Assembly (NCBI GenBank): GCA_003427395.1
Contig: BFEA01000041.1
Coordinates: 3,892,803-3,953,877 of the forward strand
Reading direction: 5' to 3'
DNA: 61,075 bases
Source: Chara braunii
Taxonomy: Eukaryota; Plantae; Charophyceae
Both the position numbers and the translations under genes were made by a program. The notes under the pieces were generated by a model. The model saw only the letters and a program-made list of their open reading frames with translations, did no database searches and was not told the origin of the DNA. Shown in pieces: positions 24,404-35,847 of this stretch (its first letter is position 1; every line of letters begins with the position of its first letter).

Positions 24404-25911
24404 GTGACTCTCTTATTACATGCGTCGAGCATGCATCAAAGACATGTGGAACGACGATCTCATTCATTCCGGGGACCATAGCCTGTTGTTAAAACAGAAC
24501 CAAAGCACCGATGAGTCAGTGTACAGTGGAGCATTTGTGAGGTTATTGTATTATAAATAATGTAAAATGAGAAAAAAAAATGAAACGAAACAAAACAAAA
24601 CAAACCAAGCAAAACGAGTTTGTGAAAGAAGTGTTCCTGGGTAAAATGCTTGTAAACAGGATCTTGAAGAGTACACCTTAATGGTTTCAGATTGATCAAG
24701 TAGGTTTTATTCCCGGACCGCGAACAGGACACTTAATGATTTCAGATTGATCAGGTGGGTTTTATTCCCGGAAGGTACGGGTGTAAAGCTGGTGCTAGGA
24801 GGAAGCCTGGGACTTATGGCGCCCCCTTTTCTCCTTCCAAGTGACACGCTCTCTCCACCATGCCTTAGATTGGCATTCCTCGATTGACCAGTGGATTTTC
24901 CAAAGGGCAATACTGTGGGTCATCTAGATGAGCTGGTGTAGTGATACCATTCATGAGGAGAAAATTGCAAAGGAGACAGCTTGAACAATGATGCAACAAG
25001 TGGAGTGAGATTTGAAACTGTTCTATGGAGCAGTTGGAGGCATTCGGCGAAGAGAGAGTACACTTTGTGGCTTCATCAGAAAAACATACAGAGAAGGAAG
25101 ATTGGATTGATCACTAAAGAGCCATCTAAAATGGACAATCGGCACAACTCTCCGCGGGGTCATAGCCTCCAGGACTAGCATCTCGCCAATTCATAAGAAG
25201 AACAGGGTATGTGAGAGTGAGGGAGAGCACCCTGTTCAGTAGTGGGCAACGGGTCCTCCACATCAGAGAGGCAATAAACACCACCAATTGTCTCAGTTCC
25301 CACTGTTTGTATTCACCGTATGACTTGTCGGGAAAGGACCTGCGGGTGCCCGAGAGGAGGGGATCCCGAAACGAAATAGAAAACCAGGACTCTCTTTCTT
25401 AGCTTAGCCTAACAATACAGCGATAGCTCGTGCCCCAATGACAAGTGTCAAACTCACCCAATTGGGACCAAAGCCTGGGAAGTGCAGCATAATGGGAAAA
25501 AGCGGAAAAGGCGTGGGCTGTTCGGTCTATGGTGAAGGTTATATGAATCCCAAAACATCAATAAGGGCAAGTGGTAACCAACCCACTTCCGCGAACAGTA
25601 ATAAACTCAGACATAGAGGGTTGACGCTGGAGAAGGGCGCCGACTGTACTGATGTTCTGGTGACGACGGCGTCTCCCTTTCAGTCCACATATCCAAAAGT
25701 GCTGCCTGGCAGAGGCAGAGGCTTCCATGGGCAACTGCGACCTGCAGCACTTCTGCAGCAACTGTGTCTGCAACACTGCTGCCTCGATTAGGCTTCCACG
25801 GGGAACTGCGACCTAGACACCGCGTGAATGGTCAAGGAAAAAGCTTTGCTCCCGTCGTCTGACCCGTTGTGATGTCCGGTCCGCTAAGTCCAAGTCCTCC
25901 GGGAGTTTCTG

Positions 25912-26170
25912 TGCCAATTTTGGCTTTTTTTAGGGTCAACGCACCGAATTTGCCGAGTTCGCAAATATCAACCTCGTGTAATGCAGTTCTGAAGCACAGG
26001 CTCGTAAGAGCTATAGTGGATTTCCTACTCTAGGAATATGCATGCCAAATTTGGCTTTTTTGAGGGTCAACGCACCGAATTTGCTGAGTTCGCTAAGAAC
26101 AACCTCGCGTAATGCAGTTCCGAAGCACAGGCTTGTAAGAGCAAGTGGAGTCGCTACTCTAGGAATATGC
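25912..26170. repeat. Tandem duplication of a ~130-bp unit
   Basis: TGCCAA.TTTGGCTTTTTT.AGGGTCAACGCACCGAATTTGC...CTACTCTAGGAATATGC is present twice. Confidence 0.85.
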
Positions 26171-27220
26171 AGAACATTCATCTTGCGTCCCGCTTTCAGC
26201 GATACATTCACCAGGGTGAGGAATCTTTTACAGGGAATCTTTTTAGTGAAGAGGCAGAGGCAGTGCAGCAAGGCTGGGAGAGAGAGGGAGAGTGAGAGCA
26301 CACACACACGCTCACTCAACTCGACGCAGACTCGACACGACTCGACGGAAGCAGACATAAAGTGGCAAAGTCGCAAAGTCGCAGCCTTGAATTCCCGAAC
26401 ACAATGTCGAAGCAAAGTCACACTGAACACAAGCACTGAGGCTCAAGACTGGTTGCCGTGCTTTGCTCGCGTCCGTACTTGAGTACAGGACTCAAGTTCG
26501 GTCCTGAGGGCAAAAGTGAAAATGCCTCAGGGCCAGGACTGAAAATCGAAAGTCTGAGAGTGGGCGCCAGGATGCCAGATGGTTTAAGTGTCTGAAATCC
26601 GAAAGTCCAAAAAGAAGGAATTTTGAAAACGGGCGCCAGAATGCAGATGGCGCCAACTGTCCAAAATTGGAAAAGCAGAAACAAGGTAAAAGAAAACAAA
26701 AGAATCGTAAAAACAAAGAAAGAAAATAAATGCAGCAAGCTGGCGGGTGGTAACCTGCAAGCCAGGGATCGAGCCCTGTCGGAGTCTGTAACACTTTTGC
26801 TGATAATTTCCCCGATTGCCCTGTTTATCTATAGAATCAGATAGTTCGCACTGTCCGGTCGAATGGCCCAGGTTTGGTGTTTTTGGGTACGTTGCAGCGA
26901 AGGTTAGGCCCTCAGCACTGGTGTGAGGATTACTGAGCTATATAGATGTCCAACTCTGAGTGGGTGGTGAACTTGCGTGGTGCGGGGAACGATAGGATTG
27001 AACCATATGGCATTGAACCATATGGCCATAAGACTGCATGAGTGAATTTATTGAAATTAGAATGTGGTGCTCTCATTTCGCAGCAGTCTCTTCTTTCTGT
27101 GGGCAAAGTTGAATGATGAATTGAAAATTCATGCAAAAGAGAGTTTAGAGCAGCTCTTTCAGCTCGGCTCCAGATACCTTAAGAAAGTCTTCGGGTCTCC
27201 CCCCTCCTCTCTCTCAATCC

Positions 27221-27414
27221 TCTCCTTCCTCGAAATGATAAGGTTCAATGAACTTCTCACAGCACCCCCAGCAGCAAACCGCCGAGATCACTGCGATCCA
27301 GACACTTCACCGGCCCATTCAATCTGTAGGAGCGACGGGCGGTGTGTACAAACAGCAGGGAGGTAATCACCGTGAGCTGATGGCTCGCGCTTACTAGCGA
27401 TTCCTCATTCAAGA
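27221..27414 (-). pseudogene. Diverged 18S rRNA 3'-region fragment
   Basis: Minus strand contains TTTGTACACACCGCCCGTCGCTCCTAC and GAGAAGTTCATTGAACCTTATCATTT.GAGGAAGGAGA, conserved eukaryotic SSU 3' motifs. Confidence 0.9.
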
Positions 27415-27418
27415 TTGG

Positions 27419-27523
27419 TTTTTTTTTTTTTTTTTTTTGACCATTTCTAGATTTTTGTGTGTCAGCCTTGCGCAGGGGTGATGTGATGTACATACTTTGG
27501 AAACTTCCACTTGTAACGGATGT
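27419..27523 (-). pseudogene. U6: Degenerate U6 retrocopy with poly(A) tail
   Basis: T-run 27419-27438, then GACCATTTCTAGATTTTTGTGTGTCAGCCTTGCGCAGGGG...TAACGGATGT. Confidence 0.8.
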
Positions 27524-27713
27524 GCTGTACGTACCGTGGGAAAGTTGGTTTGTGTTTGTGTTAGAAGGGTGATGTGAGGGCAAGTTCTCGGCTATGGAGA
27601 TTGCTGTGTTGACTGTGACATGTGATGCCTCGCATGCAGTGATCGATAATAAATTAATAATTTGTCTGAATCTCTGAACCCCTTTTGTTATTACCACTGT
27701 CCCAATTCCACAG

Positions 27714-28388
27714 CTACAGGCCATCACCTGGCTATGAAAGATGCGCTGGAATGGCTTCAGAAGGCTGCGCAAGGTGGCGATGCTCTTGCGCAAAACTGGG
27801 TGGGGATGTGCTTCCTGAGCGGAGACGGAGTCCCCAAGGATGATACCGAAGCATATTTGTGGTATAAGAAAGCTGCAGCACAGGGATGGGCAGACGCACA
27901 GCGCTGTCTTGGGTACCTGTGTTTTCACGGAATCGGAGTTCCTTGTGACGAGGCTCAAGGGATCGAGTGGTACTCGAAAGCGGCTGATCAAGGTGACTCC
28001 ATTGCGCAGGCCATCCTTGGCTACTGCTACCAGAAGGGACTGGGAGTGCCTGTGAATGCGTCACAGGCGGTTGAGTGGTATCGCAGGTCAGCAGATCAAG
28101 GCTATGCGCAGGCACAGCACAACCTTGGATGGTGTTACCAGAATGCAATGGGCGTCGATCACAACCCTGACGAGGCTGTCAGATGGTACTCGAAGGCGGC
28201 AGGACAGGGACATGCGGATGCACAGAGAAACTTAGCAATCTGTTATCGGGATGGCGTGGGTGTGAAAAGCGACCTCTCCAAAGCAGTGTATTGGTTTTGT
28301 AAGGGTGAAAGCAGTAAAGAGTTGGGGATAAAAGACTTTGACGAAAGGACAGCTCCTGCGGCTGCTGAGTGTAAAGAATCTGATCAAG
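27714..28388 (+). CDS. Sel1-like repeat protein, coding exon D
   Basis: Five SLRs, e.g. AQHNLGWCYQNAMGVDHNPDEAVRWYSKAAGQG. Acceptor CCACAG|CT, donor CAAG|GTAAGG, 675 nt, phase 1-1. Confidence 0.9.
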
Positions 28389-28398
28389 GTAAGGCGTC

Positions 28399-28497
28399 TC
28401 TGTGTTTTTTGTTTTGTTTTGTCTTTTTTCCTCCCATCGCAGGGGCCATGCTAATCTTCTCTGTATCATTCCGATTTAAACGGATGTCCGTGAGGAC
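28399..28497 (-). pseudogene. U6: 3'-truncated U6 retrocopy with A-rich tail; TSD includes the exon D splice donor
   Basis: U6 match 28438-28497 with a T-rich tract to the left. Flanks AAGGTAAGGCGTC (28386-28398) and AAGGTAAGATGTC (28498-28510). Confidence 0.87.
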
Positions 28498-31362
28498 AAG
28501 GTAAGATGTCGCGACTTCGGATGAGAGTTCATTATTGATTGCTATGAGCGTGAGCATTATGAGGAGTATTCGCTCACCCAGAGAACACATTGAAAGGTGG
28601 ACCAGTGTGTGCGCGGTTGTGGATCGTGAAAATTTATGAGCATTTTCTTCTCCTTGCCCCTCCCGGCCCCCTTTTGTATTCATGAATCATTATGCTGTTT
28701 TTGTATTAGCCTGCTAATTTCACGAGAGAACAGTACCCCTTTTCATTCATGTCCCCTTGTTGTTTCTTGCTTCATTCACGCTGATGTTTTGTACTAGCCC
28801 TGCTAATTTTGTAGCTAAGTGTACACCACCCATCTTTTAGCGCAATCGACTCCTTGGCCGTCTTTTGTGTCATAATGTCTTCACTCTCCCTCATTATTTG
28901 TTGAGCCATTTATTGCCAGCCAGCTAATTCTGTAAGCGATTGCAGACCCCATTAACTACTGACTGGTTTTCAGTTGGCATGCTGAATCGATCAGTTATGA
29001 CTAGTGGGTGTGGTGTTCTTCCACATATCTCCGTACTACTATGGAGTTCTACTAATTTTCTAGTGCCTTCTTTCCTGCCCAGCGGTAATAACGCAATCAA
29101 CGGAGAGACAGACGAGTGGAAAAAAATATTTGCCTGTATACGCGCAAATGGGATGGTTTTGCTTTGCCAAAGTTTGGAGTTCAACCTGGACCATTTAGCC
29201 CAGGTGTTTGTCCATAGGCCACATCGGCTGAGTAGTAAATACCCTCATGGACTCGTTGTGGGACATCAGAATGGGCGTAATTAATGAACCACTGCCGCCC
29301 TTCTGGCCTCGGCGTCCATTGAGAAGGACCTGAGCTTGAATCATTTACCTCGCTGGCTATTCATGTGACAACACTGACAAGCCTAAAATAGTAAAATCCC
29401 TCGATGCGGCCCATGAGAAACGAACCTGCCACTGAAACTGAAGTCTGTACGTTTGTTTTGAGGCGGGGGTTTGGAGTCTGAAAGTTGAGATTGGTTGCGG
29501 TCTCGGACTGTCCATGATACCTTCTCTTTAAGCCTCGTGCATATAGCGATGTAGGGGCCTGGCAGTTTACGTCTTGCAGCTACCATCTTCCCCCCGAACA
29601 TGACATATATGTGTTGTAAATGAAGACAACGCATAGGTTGTGTTATGTTTGGGGGAAGATGGTAGCATGTGTGTTGAGTCTCATGCACGCGAGGTGTCTT
29701 CCGATACGAGTGTGTATAGTGATGCGGGTCTGAGAATAGTTAATGCTCTGGTGTGGACACTCTTCCATGCTAGTGCGTACAAAAAGAGAGACGCAGGGGG
29801 GGCAATAGTCAATGCTCCTGCATACCACATGTGAAGACTATCGTGTCTGTGTCGACTTTCTCATTGCAGAGTCTGGAGATGGAAGTTCATGGAATGAGAG
29901 AAGGAAACCCACAGCGGCTAAGGTTGCTTTCTATTCGAATACATTCGAACAGCCCTTCAATTTGTATAGAAGATACGTGTGTTCTATTCGACTGATTGAT
30001 TTTTAGTTTTTTCCGAAACTCGAATACAATGCATATGCGTTATGTTTGGGAGAAGATGGTAGCATGTGTGTTGACTCTCATCCACGCTAGGTGTCTTGCG
30101 ACCTTAGTGCAGACAGTGATGAAGCGATGAGTTTCTCGTTGCAGAGTCTGGAGATACGAGTTCATGAAATGAGAGAAGGAAACCCACAACGGCTAAGGGG
30201 TGTACGCATAATTGTGTCCGACTGCAAGTACCGTCCGATTCTGTCCAGGCCGGCATAATGTGAGTATGCCTACCGTCCGATTCTGTCCAGACAGGCATAA
30301 TGTGAGTATGCCCTAGAATTTAAGTGTATTGTTGACAGCTAATGTGAGTATGCCGTAGAATTTAAGTGTATTGTTGACAGCTATTGAAGCGAGATATGGA
30401 TACGTATTGGGACTTATCTTCACGAGGCCGCTGCATCATGTTCATTGCCAGTCGTTTCTACTCCTTGCACTTCTCCGATATCTCCTTGGGCCCAAGCTGC
30501 TCTCTTCTCCTCTTCTTGTCGCTTCGTTAACTCACTTCTTCGCGTGCCGTCTGGTCAGCCATTTCTACTTGGAGCACAGCAAAGACTGAACTTGATTCAC
30601 TTCTTGTTAACTCCCACCACGATGCTCATACAGGGCACAGCAAAGACTGAAGTTCGCTTTTTGGGCCACCTTCAGCAGTCCAATCTGTGCTCATACGGTT
30701 CGTATGTTGACCAGTTAATCATTTGTTACAATTCGTATGCTGACCGGTTAGCCATTTCTACTTGGAGCAAGTAGCAACGGCAACTGTATAGATGATTGCT
30801 AAGGCTTGCAAATGTAAGGCAGTGACTTGCAGTTGGAACTCATGTGGTTAATTAACATGATACATGGGCAGACCCTGTTGTTGACAGATCACAAAACCCT
30901 TTCGGAGTCGGGTATGTCATCAACATTCAATCGAGTCTCAGTATGGAGATTGGAAAGGCGTCAGTCCAGTTGCTTGTTCCGCTACATTTACCTTGTCTTG
31001 ACTTCATCTCAATCACTAATTCTAGTGTGATGGTCTCTACGATACGAGTACGCCCACATTCTTTCAGAATTGGATTGTAGGTTAGGACAGGCCATATGCT
31101 TTATGCAGATATCGATGGACAAGTCGAGATGCCAACCCTTGTCGTGACGTGTATGTTGGGTTAATTCATGCAATTGTGACGGTTTGAACCCTAATTAATG
31201 GAGTTGCAACAGTTTGAAGTACAAACCCTTTTCAAAATGACGGTAGCAATGCTTGGACACCCTTTTGGAAGAAAATGAAAAGGAAGAAGAAAAGAGTGTG
31301 TCCACCGTTTTCGTTAAGGGAGGAGAAGAAAAGCTGAATGTGCGCTCGACTTTGTGATGCAG

Positions 31363-31953
31363 CTCTGGCGACCGGTGATCATTCAGAAGCCAAGGAGCTT
31401 GGCAAGTGCACTGAAGGAGTGGTAGCTGCAGAGGAGATGGTTGTGCCAGCTGTCCCAGAGAGAGGGTTGTTGTCGGATACTAGGAATCAACAGCTCCCAC
31501 ATGTTGCTGGGCACGGCGTGACAGAATTGGTTAAGCCTGATCCCGATGAACGCAGGAACCTTGCAAAGTATGGAAAGGGGCTCGAGCAGCAAGTGGAAAC
31601 TTATCTTGAGCAATCACGTGACAAAGTGTCTGGGCCAACTATGGATAAGCTGCAAGCGCCGGAGAGGAACAACACGTTTAACGAACGGTACCATGAAAGG
31701 ATTCCAGTCGATAAGAAAACATTGGGTGGTGAAGGAAGTGGTATCAAACTGGGCCAAGACTATAGAGAGGCCTTGAGACGGTACCACGAGGCGGTGTTTG
31801 GCGGATCACGTTTGACCAGCGGTCTTGCCGACGCCCCGAGAAGTGCGGCCGCAGAGCAGACGTTGAGGCTTTCCTCAGTGACGGTGACGCCATCAGCGCT
31901 AGATCGTGCGATGATCAGCCGGAGTGCTTCAATGGTAGACAGGAAAGACAAAG
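31363..31953 (+). CDS. Coding exon E of the SLR gene (mostly disordered, with relic SLR motif)
   Basis: Open frame with acceptor ATGCAG|CT and donor AAAG|GTAGGA, 591 nt, phase 1-1. Contains GSGIKLGQDYREALRRYHEA, which resembles a decayed SLR. Confidence 0.72.
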
Positions 31954-32423
31954 GTAGGAGCTGCACAACCGAACCCCTCTGTAGGAATTTTATGCCACCG
32001 AGGGGACTCCCTACCTCTCCCATGTTCTCTGTTTTCTGCACTTGTCAGGTCAGGCAAAGTTTTTTCTTGTCTTCTTCTTCTTCTTTTGAAAGGATTACCT
32101 CCTAACGTCATTGTGAGCATCTGGTTTCATCAGGATTCGGACTCATTATCTGTTTATTAACAGTTTACATGTGTGGACTACTCAGTCCCATGGGCTATGC
32201 GTGTGTGTGTTGTCATGTTCGCTATACACAACTCCGCAGAAAAAGAATGACTGGCCGGCTGTTTCGTGGGACTTTCGCCAACTGATCAGGAGGTTGAACC
32301 CCGGCGGTCTGCCATGTCCAGGGCGTGTTTGACTGATGGATAAGGACTCGCCACGTCGCCTACAGTTAGCTCTACGCCTAAGAAAAATGGTTGACTTTAC
32401 TCACACCCACTCTCCAATCCTAG

Positions 32424-32425
<2 letters not shown>

Positions 32426-32500
<75 letters not shown>
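32426..32500. repeat. (GT)n microsatellite; many other GA, GT and ATTG tracts occur, e.g. 14466-14504, 21058-21121, 38553-38739, 47159-47213, 53754-53866, 60990-61075
   Basis: Direct inspection. Confidence 0.95.
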
Positions 32501-32503
<3 letters not shown>

Positions 32504-33084
32504 CGCACGACGGCGTGCATATGCACATGATTGGCACCTCCTCTGTATATTACCAGCATGCTCACATGCCAATTGTGTCGGCTTGCTTAAGCACGCACAT
32601 GCAAGCTTGGAAATGCATAGATGGATAGATTACCCTTCACCCAAACATCTACCTCTAGTACCTGTCGCACGCTGATGCAAATCCTGTGCAGCCCATGATG
32701 CCTCAGTATCGCGTCCATTGTCTTCCTCGGCGGGTTCTCTTGCACATCTTAAACACCTGGCTGCCCACGTGTCTGTAATGAAGTTTTAAATTCGTAATGA
32801 CATTATCTCTGTTCTGAAATCCACTTGCTGCCCATTCCTTGCTCTCCTTCCAGCACACATTTAGTTCCGCCAGGTTCGTCTCTCTGGAATCTATTTCGGG
32901 CCGTTCTCAACGCCCTAAATGGCTCGACCTGGTCGCAATTTCATTTGACAGAAACCTGGCCAGAAAAAAAAGGCTATTATGAAAGGGTGGCAGCACTCAC
33001 CGTGTCCTCATCAGATCTCGCTTCCGTAAGAACCATAGACACAGCAAATGACCTAATTCGAGATATCAAATTTGCGGAGATGCT

Positions 33085-33102
33085 GTCCTTCGGGACATCC
33101 GT

Positions 33103-33134
<32 letters not shown>

Positions 33135-33215
33135 GGCCCCTGCGCAAGGATGACACGCATAAATCGAGAAATGGTCCAAATAAAAAAAATATATTAAAAA
33201 AAAAATTAAAAAAAA
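33085..33215 (+). pseudogene. U6: Near-perfect full-length U6 retrocopy with A-rich tail and 12-bp TSD (young insertion)
   Basis: U6 match 33085-33181 and tail to 33215. TTGCGGAGATGC occurs at 33072-33083 and 33216-33227. Confidence 0.95.
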
Positions 33216-33283
33216 TTGCGGAGATGCAGAGTCGTGCAGACTGTCTTTCGAGCAAACAGTATGTGAATAAGCAACCCCATAGT

Positions 33284-33327
<44 letters not shown>

Positions 33328-34651
33328 ATGGGTGGGTGTGTATTCGAGCCATCCACTTCCTACAGTACCTCGAAACAACTGAAAGATTTGGGCTTCCCAA
33401 TCTCGTTAACCATTGGCTTTGGTTTTCTTTGAAAATCTCATTGGCTTTTTTACCTTTTTCTGGGTGACCTTACTATGTTTTGTTCTTCTTCGTTTTTTTG
33501 AGTTGGACCGTCGAGCATTCCCTGTTCCTTTCACCTCATCATCATCTTCATCTTTCAGGGAGGGCAGCCCAACCTTACTTCTCCGGTGTGACCTCCTCCC
33601 CTCTTCTGAGTGCCAGCCACATCGTCATCACCACCACTTTTCCTCGAAACTCTTCGTGAGTCAAACCGTCGAGCATGCCTGTTACTTTCACCTCATCACC
33701 ACCTTCACCTTTCAAGAAAGCATATGATCTCCTCCCCTCTTCCGAGTTCCATCGACATCGTCATCACCACCACTTTTTCTCGAAGCTCTTTCCTGGTCGT
33801 CTGATGCCTTAACCTTCAGTCTGTCCTTCTCTCTTTCTCCCCTCTCTTGTGCGCGACTTTGACATCATCCCCGTTAGGTCCCTGCTTCTCAGGACAATCC
33901 TTTCTCTTATTAGGGGATACTGAAGCTACCTTCTTTCAAACCATGTCCTCGTCCTGCCTCTTCTTCCTCCTTTTCCTCCTCCTCCTCCTCCTTGTTCTCC
34001 CCCCCCCCCCCCCCCCCCCCTCCTCCTCTGCCCTCGAGGCCACAGCAACTGTCATCGGGCCTGTCAAAGTTTCCTCTTTAGTGATTAAATTACTATGCAA
34101 GCTCGCGAGTAACATGCGTGCCAGCCTAGACTTTAATGTGCACTCGAGAGCAAACCCTTGTACTATCTATCTGTAATGTACCAGCCTAGAGTTTAATGTG
34201 CACTCGAGAGAAAACCCTTGTACTATCTAACCTGTAGTGTAGTCTATAGACTAAGTATGGATTCAGTGTAGACTCGGTACAGAGTCTATGTGCACGCAGC
34301 ATGCAAGCCCTTGCACCGTCTGTGAGCTGTCATATCTTGAAGTCGATATGAAGGCAAGGGGATGTGAAGTCTATTTGCATATCTCTGCATTCTAATCTAT
34401 GTGTGTGCACGCGTACAGAGTCTTTGTCCGCGTCCACATGCATGTAGAAGTATGTGTAGTGACTGCAGTCTGTATACAGTATGCATACAGTCTTCTTGCC
34501 GTATGTGCAATTTACTTTCAAGATTGTGTTACTCTGCACGGCTGTATGCGAGTCCGAATCTAGCAATGTGTGTGTTTTTGTGCACAATATTTTTAGGTCT
34601 CTGACTCTCCGTTCATTCAAGTTTTTTTTGTTTTGTTTTGTTCCTGAAAGT

Positions 34652-34745
34652 TGGACTATTCCTCGACTGATGTGTGTCATCGTTGCGCAGGGGCCATTCT
34701 AATCTTCTCTGTATCATTCCATTTTTAACAGATGTCGCGAAGGAC
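34652..34745 (-). pseudogene. U6: Full-length diverged U6 copy
   Basis: TGGACTATTCCTCGACTGATGTGTGTCATCGTTGCGCAGGGGCCATTCTAATCTTCTCTGTATC...GATGTCGCGAAGGAC, with a T-rich tail to the left. Confidence 0.88.
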
Positions 34746-34792
34746 AACTGTTCGAGGCTTCTTTTTCTTTCCTAGTTTGAAGCTGTTCTTGG

Positions 34793-34873
34793 TTTATGCA
34801 TGTCGTCCTTGCGCAGGGGCCATGCTAATCCTCTGTGTATCGTTCCAAAAATTTAACGGATGTTTCGAAGAAG
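34793..34873 (-). pseudogene. U6: Diverged U6 copy, head-to-tail with the previous one
   Basis: TTTATGCATGTCGTCCTTGCGCAGGGGCCATGCTAATCCTCTGTGTATCGTTCCAA. AACTGTTC flanks it at 34746-34753 and 34874-34881. Confidence 0.88.
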
Positions 34874-35188
34874 AACTGTTCCTTCAAAGCTTATGCTCAA
34901 GTTTACGCAAAAGTAGATGCTCAGGTCGGCACAACACAGCAGTCACACTCCTAGGGGCATTTCCGCTGGAGGGCGGCATGCTCTCTGAAGTGGAAACTTG
35001 CCTGTTTGTGGATGAATGTAACTGCGGATGGTGTCTTGATACCTTTGCACTCTCAACTCTTTTTGGAATGAATGTAGCCGCGAAGTGTGGTTTGATAGCT
35101 TTGCATTTGCAATGGGTGTCTTGTCTTGGTGTACATAAAGGTGCCGCGGTTGACGCAGTTGTGCAATTGCCTTGTGGTTCATCAACAG

Positions 35189-35847
35189 GATCATTCACTG
35201 TCCATTCTCCGCGGCCTGCCAACTCTCCTCAGTTTGGTCCCCTTGCAAGCCCCTGTGGAGCTCAGTCACCTCTTCTCAAAGTGCCGTCTTCGGACCGAAT
35301 GTTTCCACAGCCTCTTGTGAAGCCGTCTACGTGGATGAAGAGGTTTTTCTCGTCACCGGTGAGGTCGACCCCAGCAGCTGGCAGCAGCCCAGAGAAGCCG
35401 TATTCGCAATCGAATCCAGAGTTTACACAGTCCAATGATGACGGCAGACACCATCAGCTCACGACGGGTGCGCAGCCTGCTCAGAGTGGGGCTTCAAAAC
35501 CTTTTGCACTATCACAGCTGTTACCTGGAAGGTTTGCATCAATGGCAGTGGGAAAAGCCCCCACCCTCCCGGACACGTCCGCCCACGGGCATGCCGCTAT
35601 CTCAGCGACATCTAGTGGCCAGTCTTCTACACAGCAGCAGACTAATAAAGTCCAGCCTGTTATTGCAGACTCATCAAGGAAGCGTCTCCCTTTTGCTCAG
35701 ACTAAGCCCATTGATGACGATCCGAAACGTCTGGGCGTGGATGCCGATAATCTGCGAGGAGTGGCTGGGGTCACAAACCGATCAAATCCGCTGGGCTTCT
35801 CCCTCTTGCGGTCGAGGAACCAGCAAGGTCTTCTGCCACGTGTATAG
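35189..35847 (+). CDS. Probable last coding exon F of the SLR gene (Ser/Pro/Gln-rich tail)
   Basis: Acceptor CAACAG|GA is phase 1, matching exon E. The frame is open to TAG at 35845-35847. Confidence 0.68.

Noticed and set aside
29871-30200. Duplicated small exon-like segment (ESGDGSSWNERRKPTAAK) between exons D and E
   Set aside because: The first copy would end in phase 0, which is incompatible with exon E, and the second copy has an in-frame TGA.
32825-33286. 153-aa ORF running through a U6 copy
   Set aside because: Much of it is translated U6 and A-tail. The remainder has no recognisable domain or splice support.
3553-34873. A functional tandem U6 gene cluster
   Set aside because: The copies are dispersed in both orientations, mostly mutated, lack shared upstream promoter sequence, and carry A-tails and TSDs.
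34732-35188. 5' part of the 371-aa ORF as coding sequence
   Set aside because: It begins inside antisense U6 copies. The phase-compatible acceptor at 35189 explains the coding part better.
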